A DNA stretch of 34,320 nucleotides. Origin: Thraustochytrium aureum. Its lineage: Eukaryota. The DNA lies in assembly GCA_012862495.1 (NCBI GenBank), contig BLSG01000431.1, positions 1-34,320 of the forward strand. Reading direction: 5' to 3'. A model generated the notes under the pieces. It saw nothing but the letters and a program-made list of their open reading frames with translations. It ran no database searches and was not told the DNA's origin. Shown here in pieces: positions 1 through 9,380 of this stretch (position 1 is its first letter; each line of letters opens with the position of its first letter). The translations under genes were made by a program, and so were the position numbers.

Positions 1-703
1 AGGTTTCCTCGCTGGCGATCATCCGAGTCTTGTCCTTGCTCGAGGCTTGTCCTCCCTGGTGTCTTCTCCGTTCTCGTGCAGATAGCTGGCAAGACGCCGG
101 CTGCGCGGTCGCTTTTGTGGGCCGCTCCTTGCTCTTGCTTTTGTGAACTACTGTTGCTTGCTTGCGTTTGTGGTTTGCTCGGTACTCTACCTGGCCGAGG
201 TCACCCATCGTCAATCCAAGCCTCGCTGGAGGCCGCCCCATCAGTGCTGTTTCAGTGAGAATGATTGAACAATGACGAGCCAATACCGACCGACTTGCCG
301 CTCCAGGACTGTTTGAGGCGGCGGCAACAGGAAGGGACGCCTGGCAAGCTGCCACGGAGTGCAGCAAGTTGGGTGCAACCGGTACTCGCTTCGCTGCTCA
401 TTCGTTCGCCCACGAACCTCGTCGGGGCGCCGGCATTCGCGGCAACGAGCCCGACTGGCTGAGGTTGCCGCAAGTGCCGGACTCCTTTGGCAGCACACTG
501 AACCCGAGACCGCAAGATTCAACTTGGCACGCAAAGAATCCTGCGATCAGCTGAGCAAACCCCATTCTTGAACGCGAGCTACTCGACGCGGAGCCCGTCC
601 CATCGTCGAGGCTGCGCAAACCAAGGACAGCAGCAAAGCGGCCGTGGGAGAGCGAGTCTGTTCAGGGCAGCCACGCTGTCAATATCTCCTTGGCAAACCC
701 TGC

Positions 704-751
704 GCCAGCCAGCCAGCCAGCGAGCCAGCGAGCCAGCCAGCCAGCGAGCCA
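704..751. repeat. (GCCA/GCGA)n tetranucleotide microsatellite
   Basis: gccagccagccagccagcgagccagcgagccagccagccagcgagcca read directly. Confidence 0.9.
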
Positions 752-997
752 GGCATTCTTTCGCGTCTGTCCACCGCTGTCCGTTTTCTGCGTGTTTCAG
801 CTGAAGCGGTATTCCTGGCCGCATTCGGCCAAGCATGCGGACGGAGAAGGTATTACCTGTGTTCTCCCCGACGACCTACCGAGCAGCGAGACCTACTAAC
901 CAACCACGAGATCGCGCCGGGACGCCATCCAGCCAACCCCTGCGGCAGAGCTCGACCGCATCCGGGCAGGCTGCTCCTCAACGAGCTCGAGGGCGCC

Positions 998-1095
998 CGC
1001 GAGCAGCGCGAGCAGCGCGAACAGCGCGAGCAGCGCGAGCAGCGCGAACAGCGCGAACAGCGCGAGCAGCGCGAACAGCGCGAGCAGCGCGAGCA
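998..1095. repeat. 9-bp tandem repeat (CGCGARCAG), about 11 copies
   Basis: Units cgcgagcag/cgcgaacag alternate; reads (REQ)n in one + frame. Confidence 0.95.
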
Positions 1096-1720
1096 AGCAT
1101 TTGCTCGCGACGCATGTGGGAATTGCAGAATTTTTCTCCCTCTGCGCCATCAATGCGCCTCACGCAGATCTCCGAGCCGGCTCACAGTCGCGAGAGCGCG
1201 CGGCCATGGCCGGACTCATCAATGATCCATCAGAACAAGAGAGAGCTGCAGCGCGGAGGAATTCGCTGCGGCTCTGCTCGTTTGCTTGGCGTTCGAGATA
1301 GGATTTTCGTCATTTCGCCTTTTTTTCGCTTTTTTTCACGTTTTTTGGCCAATTTTTGGTTGATTTTTCGCGCCGACGGACACTCGGAGAATCACGAGCT
1401 GCACCAGAGCATCAACGAGCCAAGGCGCCCAAGCGCACAGCTGCATTCGCACTCGACGAGCGAGTACTATACATTGGTGCAGGGCCGCAGAGCTGCCGCT
1501 GCAGTGGCGCAACAGGGCAGGAAAAGGCCGCTTGGCGAGGAGCTGGCGGCTGCGTCGCGGCCTCAAGTCGAAACGGGCTCGACGCGCATCGCGGCGACGC
1601 GGACAGGAACGGCTGCGGCAGTCGCTCGAGCGCCTCGCGCACGCAAGCTCGCTCGCTCGCACGCTCGCACGCACGCACGCACGCGCAAAGAGGCCGGCCG
1701 GGGCGGCCCTGGGAGCGACG

Positions 1721-3376
1721 ATGGCGGACGCCTTGACACGCGTCTGGGGGTTTTTGAAATGGCACAAGAAAAAGTTTATCGCGCTCGGGACGGTCACCGC
1801 TGTCGGGGTCGGCGGGTACTATTACGCAAAGAGGATGCTGCTGGACGGGATGCGGCAGGTCGAGGAGCTCGGCAGGGGAATCCAGGAAAAGATGATGGAG
1901 AGCCAGCACCGCGCCAGTGAACTCGAAAGGGTGCGCGCAGAGTGCGCGCGCATGATCCACACGTTCCTTCCGCCCATGCGCAGAACGATCAAGCAACTGA
2001 CAGACCCGAAGCCCGTCACAGTGAGGCTGAAAGAGGCGCGAGTCAAAAGCAAGACCAACCCCGCGTGCTCCGCAGAGGAGGACGAGGAGGTCAAGAGGCT
2101 CTGGGACGAGCTCAAGGTCGTCATCCTCACCCGGCTCGTTGCCGCAGTCTACGCGCTGGCCGTCCTGAACGCAGTGCTCCGGATACAGCTGCACGTGCTG
2201 GGGCGCTTTGCGTTCGAGGAGGCCGCGGAGCACCGCAAGGCCGCGGCCCGCGACGCGCTGGGCGGCGGGGCCGGCAAGCAAGTGGAGGACCGCGCCAGTA
2301 GCGCGCACGGCGACGACCCGTCCGGGTCGAGCCCGTCGCGCGTCACGCGCAAGGTCCGCGAGCGGTTCTTGTTCAGCGGCAGCGACCACCTGATGAACAC
2401 CGGCGAAGGGCTGCGGACGCTCGTGGAGGGTGTGCGCACTGGCGTTCGCGAGGCGACGAGCGCGTGGGTCATGGGCACTGACACGACAGTGACACGATGG
2501 GACGTGCTCAACATGATGGACTCGATTCGCGGTCGGATCGAATCCGGTCGGCCCGCGGCAGGCGAGGCCCAGCAAGACCAGAGCCAGCCCGAGGGCCTCC
2601 GCCTCTCGAGCGCCGCTCGGGACTGGGCCGTCAGGTGCGTGATCCCGCCGGACGAGAGCGCGCTGTTCGGGCCGGACCGCGAGCTTGATGACGAGCAGAA
2701 CGCCCTGCTCAAGGAGATGATGGACGAGTCGCTCGACATGATCGAGAGTCCTGTTTTCGCGCTCGCACTAGAGCAGTCCTTCGACAAGGTCTTTGATGTT
2801 CTTCGCAAGGACCTGCAGGTGCGCCCCTTCGAGGTGTACCGCGGCGGCTCGGGCAACGACGCGGGGGAGGAGGACCGGTTCTCCCTCACAAAGCTCCTTG
2901 CCAGCCTCAAGACAGTGTCGGGCCACGTGCTCTCCGAAAGCAGCGCGATGCGAGGGGGAGATGGCGCAAGTGGAGGGGGCGCGGGCGGGCCCCCACCAGC
3001 GATCGGCGAGACCGACTATGATGCAGCGCTCGCGGAGATCCCCGCCTTGGACGAGCTCTGCACGACAGTGTTTCAGCAGGGCGTGGACGAGGGCGACGGC
3101 GCCAACCCGTTCGACGCTCTCGGCCTTGGCGACCTTGGGATTGGCGAGGAGGACCTCAAGTCGCTGGCTGGGCTCTTCGGCGGGCTCGGCATGGGCGGCG
3201 GCGCAGGCGGCGCCGGCGGGATGCCCAGCGAGGCCGATCTGCTCAAGATGCTGAGCGCAGAGCTTGGTGGAGCTGGCGGGGCGGACGGCGGGCTTAACTT
3301 TGGCGGGCTTGGCGACGAGGAGATGATGAGCATGCTGCAGTCGGTTGTGCAGCAGCAGCCCCCTCAGCAGGCATGA
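1721..3376 (+). CDS. PEX3: Peroxin-3 (peroxisomal membrane protein import receptor)
   Basis: ATG at 1721. N-terminal basic cluster plus TM (FLKWHKKKFIALGTVTAVGVGGYYY). PEX3 core KRLWDELKVVILTR...YALAVL...RIQLHVLGR and later ESLDMIESPVF. 551 aa, intronless. Confidence 0.9.
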   Translation: MADALTRVWGFLKWHKKKFIALGTVTAVGVGGYYYAKRMLLDGMRQVEELGRGIQEKMMESQHRASELERVRAECARMIHTFLPPMRRTIKQLTDPKPVTVRLKEARVKSKTNPACSAEEDEEVKRLWDELKVVILTRLVAAVYALAVLNAVLRIQLHVLGRFAFEEAAEHRKAAARDALGGGAGKQVEDRASSAHGDDPSGSSPSRVTRKVRERFLFSGSDHLMNTGEGLRTLVEGVRTGVREATSAWVMGTDTTVTRWDVLNMMDSIRGRIESGRPAAGEAQQDQSQPEGLRLSSAARDWAVRCVIPPDESALFGPDRELDDEQNALLKEMMDESLDMIESPVFALALEQSFDKVFDVLRKDLQVRPFEVYRGGSGNDAGEEDRFSLTKLLASLKTVSGHVLSESSAMRGGDGASGGGAGGPPPAIGETDYDAALAEIPALDELCTTVFQQGVDEGDGANPFDALGLGDLGIGEEDLKSLAGLFGGLGMGGGAGGAGGMPSEADLLKMLSAELGGAGGADGGLNFGGLGDEEMMSMLQSVVQQQPPQQA

Positions 3377-3474
3377 CCTTTTGCAACCCGCGGCCACTAG
3401 AGCTGGATATTCTGATGGAGGTCATATTTACTGATTCACTGTCAATTCCTTGTCATGGTGAAAGCCATGTGCGC

Positions 3475-4374
3475 TCACGCCGTCTTGGCAGCTTTGTGCC
3501 CTGGCCCGCCTGCGTCCAGTCCCTTGGTGCTTAGCGCGGCGACGCCGGCCAGGACGAGGGCCACCCCCGCCGCGAACCCTTGGAGCTGGAACCGGCTGAA
3601 GGCGCTCAGCTCGTCGAAAAAGGCCATCCCAGACGACAGGTTGGCCAACAGAAACGAGGCGCTGGCCAAGGGCACCACGAAAAGCGAAGAGTGCTTGCCC
3701 ACGCCGCGGTTGAGCACAGCGACCTGGGTGATCGCGAAAAAGGCGACCAGGCCGATTACCGCCGCGAGCAGCGGGCCGTGCGTCTCGAAGGACACGAGCT
3801 TGAACAGCTCGGTCATCAGCTTGGCGTGCAGGTTGGTCATGCCGCCGAGCAGGCCGCTCAGGATCGGGTAGCCGACCGCGACGGCCTTGGACGAGCCGCG
3901 GCCCTGCCGCTCGCCCGTGTAGATGTGAGCCACGAGCGCAGCTACTACCGCTGCGTAGACCACCGCGTACGTGAGGAAGACGGGCCTGCGGCTGAGGCGC
4001 TCGAGGTCGCTCAGCGAGTACGACGTGGCCTCGCCCGACGCAAAGGCAAGCGACACGACCACCCCGGCGCAAACGAGCGCAGTGGCGACCAAATCAATTC
4101 CCGCGAGAGGCTCGCCATGCATCAACGGCGCGAGGGCCAAGTTGGCTACCAGCGAAACCGCGCAGAGAGGCGCTAGGACCGCCTGCGGCGCAAACCCAAA
4201 CGAAACGAGGTCCAGGATCCCAGACGACGTCGCAAGCAGCACGCCCAGCCCGTTCAGCCAGCTCTTGCCCTTCTGGCGCTGGCCGACGCGCTGCAAGTTG
4301 AGCCCGACCGCGTTCATCGAGCTCGCCCCAGCCGCCAGCGCTACGCCGATCGCCACGCGACCGCCGCCCTCCAT
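3475..4374 (-). CDS. NIPA-family (DMT superfamily) Mg2+ transporter-like protein, paralog A
   Basis: MNAVGLNLQR, SFGFAPQAVLAPL, LVANLALAPLMHGE, QVAVLNRG...FVVP, GMAFFDE match the NIPA pattern; ~9 hydrophobic segments; ATG at 4374. Confidence 0.85.
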   Translation of the reverse strand: MEGGGRVAIGVALAAGASSMNAVGLNLQRVGQRQKGKSWLNGLGVLLATSSGILDLVSFGFAPQAVLAPLCAVSLVANLALAPLMHGEPLAGIDLVATALVCAGVVVSLAFASGEATSYSLSDLERLSRRPVFLTYAVVYAAVVAALVAHIYTGERQGRGSSKAVAVGYPILSGLLGGMTNLHAKLMTELFKLVSFETHGPLLAAVIGLVAFFAITQVAVLNRGVGKHSSLFVVPLASASFLLANLSSGMAFFDELSAFSRFQLQGFAAGVALVLAGVAALSTKGLDAGGPGHKAAKTA

Positions 4375-4812
4375 TCTCGTCCCAGGCGATCTCCAGCACC
4401 GCGCGGCCGCCCACCGACCGAGCATGAACTCGGCGGGGAAGCACACGTCGTGGATCATGGACCATGCATGCGTGATGGTGGGCAAGTGCACCCGTCGGAC
4501 GCAGTCGATGTGTACTACTCACCTACTCACTCTCGAGTACGACAAGTAGTTCACTGCATTGCACATGCCTCGTCCTGGCTGCAGGCAGCGCAGCCCAGAG
4601 AGACAGGAAGCGAGGCTGCAGGGCGCAGGAAGTGGAGCAGCCGCCGCTGCTGACCGCTGGACGGCGCTGTTGGTTGGGTATCGGCTGCGGCCGGCGTCGG
4701 TGCTGCTGCCCAGCCGAGGTCGTCCGCGTTGTTGTGCTTGAAGAGTGGACGGACGCCCTCGGCGTGGCTGCAGCGCTGTGCTGTGCTGGAGGCTGGTCAA
4801 GTCTAGGCCGCG

Positions 4813-6017
4813 ATGGGGGCCGGCGTGATCGTTGGTGTGGCTCTGGTCGTCGTGGGGTCGGGGATGAACGCGTTGGGGCTCAACTTGCAGAGGCTGGCGC
4901 AGAGCAAGGACCCGGAAGCGCTGACTGCCAAAATGACCGAGGCGCAAATCAAAGCGATTGGGGTCTTGGGGATCGCGCTGCCAATACTATCGGGCGTTAT
5001 GGACGTGCTGAGCTTTTCGTTCGCCTCGCAGGCGGTTCTGGCGCCTCTGGGCGCCACGACGCTCTTGGCCAACTTGATGCTGGCCCCACTTCTCCACAAG
5101 GAGCCGCTCGAGAAGGTCGACGTCCTGGCAACCGCGCTGATAATGGTGGGCATCGCCACCTGCCTCACATTCGGGGCTAGCCCGGCACGGACGCTCTCGC
5201 TGCGTGAGCTGGGGGCACTGGCGCGGCGGCCGGTGTTTGTCGCATTTCTCGCCACCTACCTTGGCGCAGTCGGTCTGGTGTCGAGCAAGGTGGCGGGCGC
5301 GGAGGCTCGCGGCGAGGAATCGCGCCGCGAATATGGCGTGCTGTACCCGCTCCTCGCGAGCTTGTTTGCGGGACTGACCAAACTGATGGCCAAGCTCCTC
5401 TCGGAGATGGCGACGCTGGCCTCGCCGCGCACGCACGGCCCGCTTCTGTTGTTTCTCACGATAGTTTTGGCTGGGTCTGCATTCGCGCAAGTCACCGTGC
5501 TGAACCGCGGCGTGGGCAAGCACTCCTCGCTCTTCGTCGTCCCGCTCTTCAGCGCCTTCTTCCTGATCGCGAACCTGCTCTTCGGCGGGATATTCTTTGA
5601 CGAGTTTGCCTCGTTTGGGATCGTTCAGATGCTCGGCTTTGTGCTCGGGGTCTCCATCGTGGTGTCTGGCGTTGTTGCGCTCGCTCTCAAGGAGCAAGTC
5701 AGCGCCGCGCTCAACCGCTTTCCGACCTCCGTCGAGGAGATCCCGGCCGCGCTGGACGAGCTGGGCGAGACGCTCAAGGCCGCAGCGGCGGAGGCCTTTG
5801 CACAAGCCGAGGACTCGCTGCGGGCGCTTGTTCGAGGCGGGAAGCGGCGCGCCTCGTCCTCAAGGGCGAGTTTGGCGCGGCGCAGCTCCAAGCGCGACAG
5901 CGCCAAGCGGGACAGCGCCAAGCGTGGGGCCACGATGCGCAAACGCGACTCGAAGCGGGAGAGCGTCAGCAGCAGCCACAGCAAGCACGCCTCGTTGCGG
6001 GCGGATGCTGTGGCGGA
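4813..6017 (+). CDS. NIPA-family Mg2+ transporter-like protein, paralog B (3' end lost in gap)
   Basis: MNALGLNLQR, SFSFASQAVLAPLG, LANLMLAPLLHKE, QVTVLNRG...FVVP, GGIFFDEF; long basic Ser-rich tail. Confidence 0.85.
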
Positions 6018-6238
6018 NNNNNNNNNNNNNNNNNNNNNNNNNNNNNNNNNNNNNNNNNNNNNNNNNNNNNNNNNNNNNNNNNNNNNNNNNNNNNNNNNNN
6101 NNNNNNNNNNNNNNNNNNNNNNNNNNNNNNNNNNNNNNNNNNNNNNNNNNNNNNNNNNNNNNNNNNNNNNNNNNNNNNNNNNNNNNNNNNNNNNNNNNNN
6201 NNNNNNNNNNNNNNNNNNNNNNNNNNNNNNNNNNNNNN

Positions 6239-6719
6239 GAACGAGACTTCCGAAAACGTGGTCCCTCCGGCCGAAACGCAGGTAAACTTGCCGTCCTTGG
6301 CGTTCCACTCGACTGGCTCGAGGCCGCGGCAGTCGAACGATATCACTGGAACAAACTCGCCCGACTTGTCAGGGGAGAGGAACGCTTGGCCGCCTTTGGC
6401 AGGCAGCACGTTCAGGTAGCTCTCCTTCTTGCTCCCCGGCCACTTGAGTTTAAAGTTGCAGGTCCCGCGGCTCCCGGTGACCTCCTCCTCATTGGTCGGG
6501 TCGATAATCACGTCCCGACGGTCCTCGCCTTGCGGCTGCTGCAGCACGACGCTCCACTGCGCGGGAAACTCGACCTTGTCCACATTCTCGAGATCCGCCT
6601 TCACGAACAGCGTGATCACCTTCGCGCGACATTGGTGTCAGCCGCCGTCACACGCTCGTCCGCCGACCTCCCGCACTTGACCGCCGGCGCGGCGCCGCCG
6701 CGGCCCAACTTACCGGCAT
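6239..6719 (-). CDS. DUF866/UPF0587 (CZIB/C1orf123-like) protein; exon 1 6719-6714, exon 2 from 6619; 3' end in gap
   Basis: Spliced product MPVITLFVKADLENV...GSRGTCNF...FDCRGLEPVEW...SAGGTTFSEV has the DUF866 hallmarks (A.LENV, GSRG.AN, FDCRG.EP). Confidence 0.85.
6620..6713 (-). other. 94-bp spliceosomal intron after codon 2 of the DUF866 gene
   Basis: Minus strand ATG CCG|GTAAGT donor, GCTGAC branch-like site near 6640, AAG|GTG acceptor; keeps the frame. Confidence 0.85.
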
Positions 6720-6929
6720 CCCTGTCCTCCTCCCTGCCTCTTCGCGCTACCCGCGCACCGGCCCCTGCGCGCGCGCACGTCCTCCGCCGCGCTCGAGCCC
6801 TGCCTCCAGAGCGACCGACCACCTTGCACTCGGGTCTGCTCACGGGCTGCCAAGCGCAATGCGTGCCAGACCCCTAACGTCTCCTGACGCGCAGTGCGTC
6901 CGCGCGCTCGCGCGTACTAAGGCACTTAG

Positions 6930-7008
6930 GTGCGTGCGCGCGTGCGTGCGTGCGAGTGTGCGAGCGTGCGCCCGTGCGAGCGTGCGCCCGTGCGTGCGAG
7001 CGTGCGTG
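6930..7008. repeat. (GTGC/GAGC)n microsatellite in a divergent intergenic region
   Basis: gtgcgtgcgcgcgtgcgtgcgtgcgagtgtgcgagcgtgc... read directly. Confidence 0.85.
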
Positions 7009-7033
7009 TTGGTCGGCGCCCGCCCGCGCGGGA

Positions 7034-7429
7034 ATGGGCGCACTGTGCTGCCAGGCGCAAGGCGCGCAAGCGACCAGGAAGGCCGACCTGGAGGCGGCCG
7101 AGAGCGCGGGCCGCGAGCAGACGCCGAAGCAAGCGAGGGCTGCGGAGAAGGAGGCGGGCGGGGAGAGCGTGGAACGGCTCAAGGCACAGGCGAGGGAGAA
7201 GGGTGAGGCGTCGAGGAAGGCCGCTCGGGAGGCAACCGCTGACGCAGGAAACGGGACGTGCCTGCTCGAGGTGCGGCTGACGCCGGTTGAAAGCTCGCCC
7301 ATCACCGAAACATACCAAGCGCATTCTGCCTCCTATAAACCGAAGCTCCTCGCGTCGCCGACCAGAGCGGCGTCGAGCGAACCGGACTTTTACCTGGAGG
7401 ACGGCATAGAGACGTACGAGGCCCAGTAG
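7034..7429 (+). CDS. Small hypothetical protein (131 aa) with N-terminal MGALCC dual-acylation-like motif
   Basis: ATG GGC GCA CTG TGC TGC start; charged helical body; codon style like the neighbours; no family recognised. Confidence 0.6.
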   Translation: MGALCCQAQGAQATRKADLEAAESAGREQTPKQARAAEKEAGGESVERLKAQAREKGEASRKAAREATADAGNGTCLLEVRLTPVESSPITETYQAHSASYKPKLLASPTRAASSEPDFYLEDGIETYEAQ

Positions 7430-7692
7430 ACGGCCAGGCGTGCCTGACTCGATCGATCTATATGGACGGGCCCAGTGGAGGCCTTTCAGCTGATAGGGCC
7501 TTGAGCAGCTCGCTCGGTCGAGTGGAGGCGGGGCCGGGCGGCGCGGCGCCCTCAGAGAGGATGTTGCGGTTTGGGTGGGCCAACGAGGTGGCGGCGCTTC
7601 AGGCGCAGACCAAGCGATTGCCGGCTGATTTTCTAAAGAGAGATTGCGCCAGAATGCGAAACATTGCTAGTTTTTGTTTGCCGACGTTGCCC

Positions 7693-7752
7693 CTTGCCCG
7701 TTCAGCCCATTCAGCCCAGGGCCTTGCCCGTTCGGCCTATTCAGTCCAGGGC
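7693..7752. repeat. 30-bp imperfect direct repeat x2 overlapping the stop codon of the 7741-8352 gene
   Basis: cttgcccgttcagcccattcagcccagggc / cttgcccgttcggcctattcagtccagggc. Confidence 0.85.
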
Positions 7753-8352
7753 TTTGCGGGCATCCCGTGCTCCTGCCTCGGCATCAATTTCCATTTGGTA
7801 CACGGCCGAGCGCAAAAGTGCACGCGCGTACAGGACGTGGAGCGGCGTCGCCACGCGCTCAAAGAAAAGGCTACCATGGCCCGTGTCCATCCCAGTGCCA
7901 AAGAGAAGCCGCGGCGGGCCGTTACTCGGCTTCTGCACTGCAAAGAAGGTGCGGGTGACCTTGGCGGGGCGAAACAGCGCTTCTGCGCCCGGCTCTGCGT
8001 CATGCGATGCCATCTGCCTGCTTTCGAGGCGGAAAAGCGACACAGCGTCATCTTCCGGTCTGTCAAACGAGCACCGCGCGATCTCTTCGTCTGTCGTTCG
8101 CGGCGCGGACGTGAGCGCCAGAACCACGCGCTCCAGCTTGAACAGCGGCGAACGGAAGAACGCGCGGAGGTACAGCGTGAGGAGCGCGTCCACGTCGCTA
8201 GCCGCCGCACACGCAGCCGCGGGCGCCTCGCACTCGAACGTGTCGACGTAAGCCGTCTTGTGCTCGAGTCCAAACGCTTCAAGCGCGGACCCCTTCGGCG
8301 CGCTCGTCGCCGCAGTCTTCACGCGCCACTGCGCAGCTAGCCTCGCGAGCAT
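7741..8352 (-). CDS. Hypothetical protein, DUF2867-like
   Basis: AYVDTF...YLRAFFRSPLFKLERVVL...TRTFFAV...LLFGT...PLHVLYARALLRSA resembles the DUF2867-related pattern (Y.D.F, F...P.F..ER, H.LY.R.LL); 203 aa. Confidence 0.6.
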   Translation of the reverse strand: MLARLAAQWRVKTAATSAPKGSALEAFGLEHKTAYVDTFECEAPAAACAAASDVDALLTLYLRAFFRSPLFKLERVVLALTSAPRTTDEEIARCSFDRPEDDAVSLFRLESRQMASHDAEPGAEALFRPAKVTRTFFAVQKPSNGPPRLLFGTGMDTGHGSLFFERVATPLHVLYARALLRSAVYQMEIDAEAGARDARKALD

Positions 8353-8485
8353 TTTCGGGCAGCTCCAGCTCTGCTGCTTTCTTGTTTCGAGTCTGCCGGC
8401 GCTGCTGGGCCCTTGCGCCAGCGCCAGCGCAATGCGGCGCTGGGCTATGTCGCGGCGGCGCGCCGCGCAAGAAACACCGACTCTG

Positions 8486-8535
8486 TCCGCTCTGGTTTCG
8501 CGTCGTGCTCTGGTTTCGCGCTGTGCTCTGGTCGT
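8486..8535. repeat. 18-bp tandem repeat (GCTCTGGTTTCGCG-core), about 3 copies
   Basis: gctctggtttcgcgtcgt gctctggtttcgcgctgt gctctggtcgt. Confidence 0.8.
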
Positions 8536-9380
8536 GCTGCGTCCGAACTGGTGAGTGGGTTGTGCTCTGGAGAATCTGTCGAGGTCTTTCCTGCGATTTG
8601 GACTGTCCTGGCTGATCTACTCGGCTTCTCGGGCCTATCGCAGTCGCACGATTCCCACGGCGAAACACTTTGAGGCAGCGGTAAAAGAGGCGCAATCTGA
8701 CATGTCTTGGTGGCGCTTGTGTGAACCAGCCGCATGCATGGGAGGCGGGCGCCTTTTGCGCGAGGTTTTCGCGTGTAGCGTCCAGTGGCCGGCACGCTCG
8801 CGCCCATTACTCCCACGGCAAGCCACCGGCCGCCGCGTTGCGCAACCAGCGCCTCGCTGCCCAATTTTTACACTCTCTCATCCTCGGTGCGTCGGGCGGC
8901 AGCAAGCGGAACAGCACGGGGCTGCTCCGCGTCGGAATTGAGGCGCGCATGTCGGAATGCAGAGGAGCGTCGCGCGCGAGTCGCCAGTCATGAGTGACTT
9001 GGACTGGAGAAACTGGAAAGTGGGAGTCCCCGCCGGTTGGTGACTCGCGCCCCGAAACGCTCTCGCCCTCACACGCGCGAGGGGGCGCGCCCAGCAGTCT
9101 GAGACGCGTGAGGGGCTCTACTTACTTACACCTACTACTCCAGCGGAAGCACCGTGACTGTGAAACTGGCTGTGAAACCTGCGGCCAGGCTCTGAGGGAT
9201 CTCGAAACGGGTCATGATCATGCTCGCTTGCTTGATGGCACGGACCACCGCCACCACCACCCCCCAGGCCGTCACGAAATCAACCAGACGCAATGTCTGC
9301 CCACATGGGCAGAGCAGACACGAAACGAACCAAACAGCGGCAACGCGAGGCAGCTCGAGCAACCCCAGAGACGCACAAGG

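Noticed and set aside
1..560. Gene start running off the left edge (minus-strand ATG near 21) and small ORFs
   Set aside because: Too little sequence and no motif support
1412..3397. Long antisense ORFs over PEX3, and similar ones over NIPA, PP2A-A and TPR
   Set aside because: Expected shadows of high-GC codon usage; no recognisable motifs
4510..4532. CTAC/CTTAC-rich motif shared with 9118-9140 (GTGAGT/GTAAGT on the minus strand)
   Set aside because: Could be UTR splice donors, but no convincing acceptor was found; short low-complexity match
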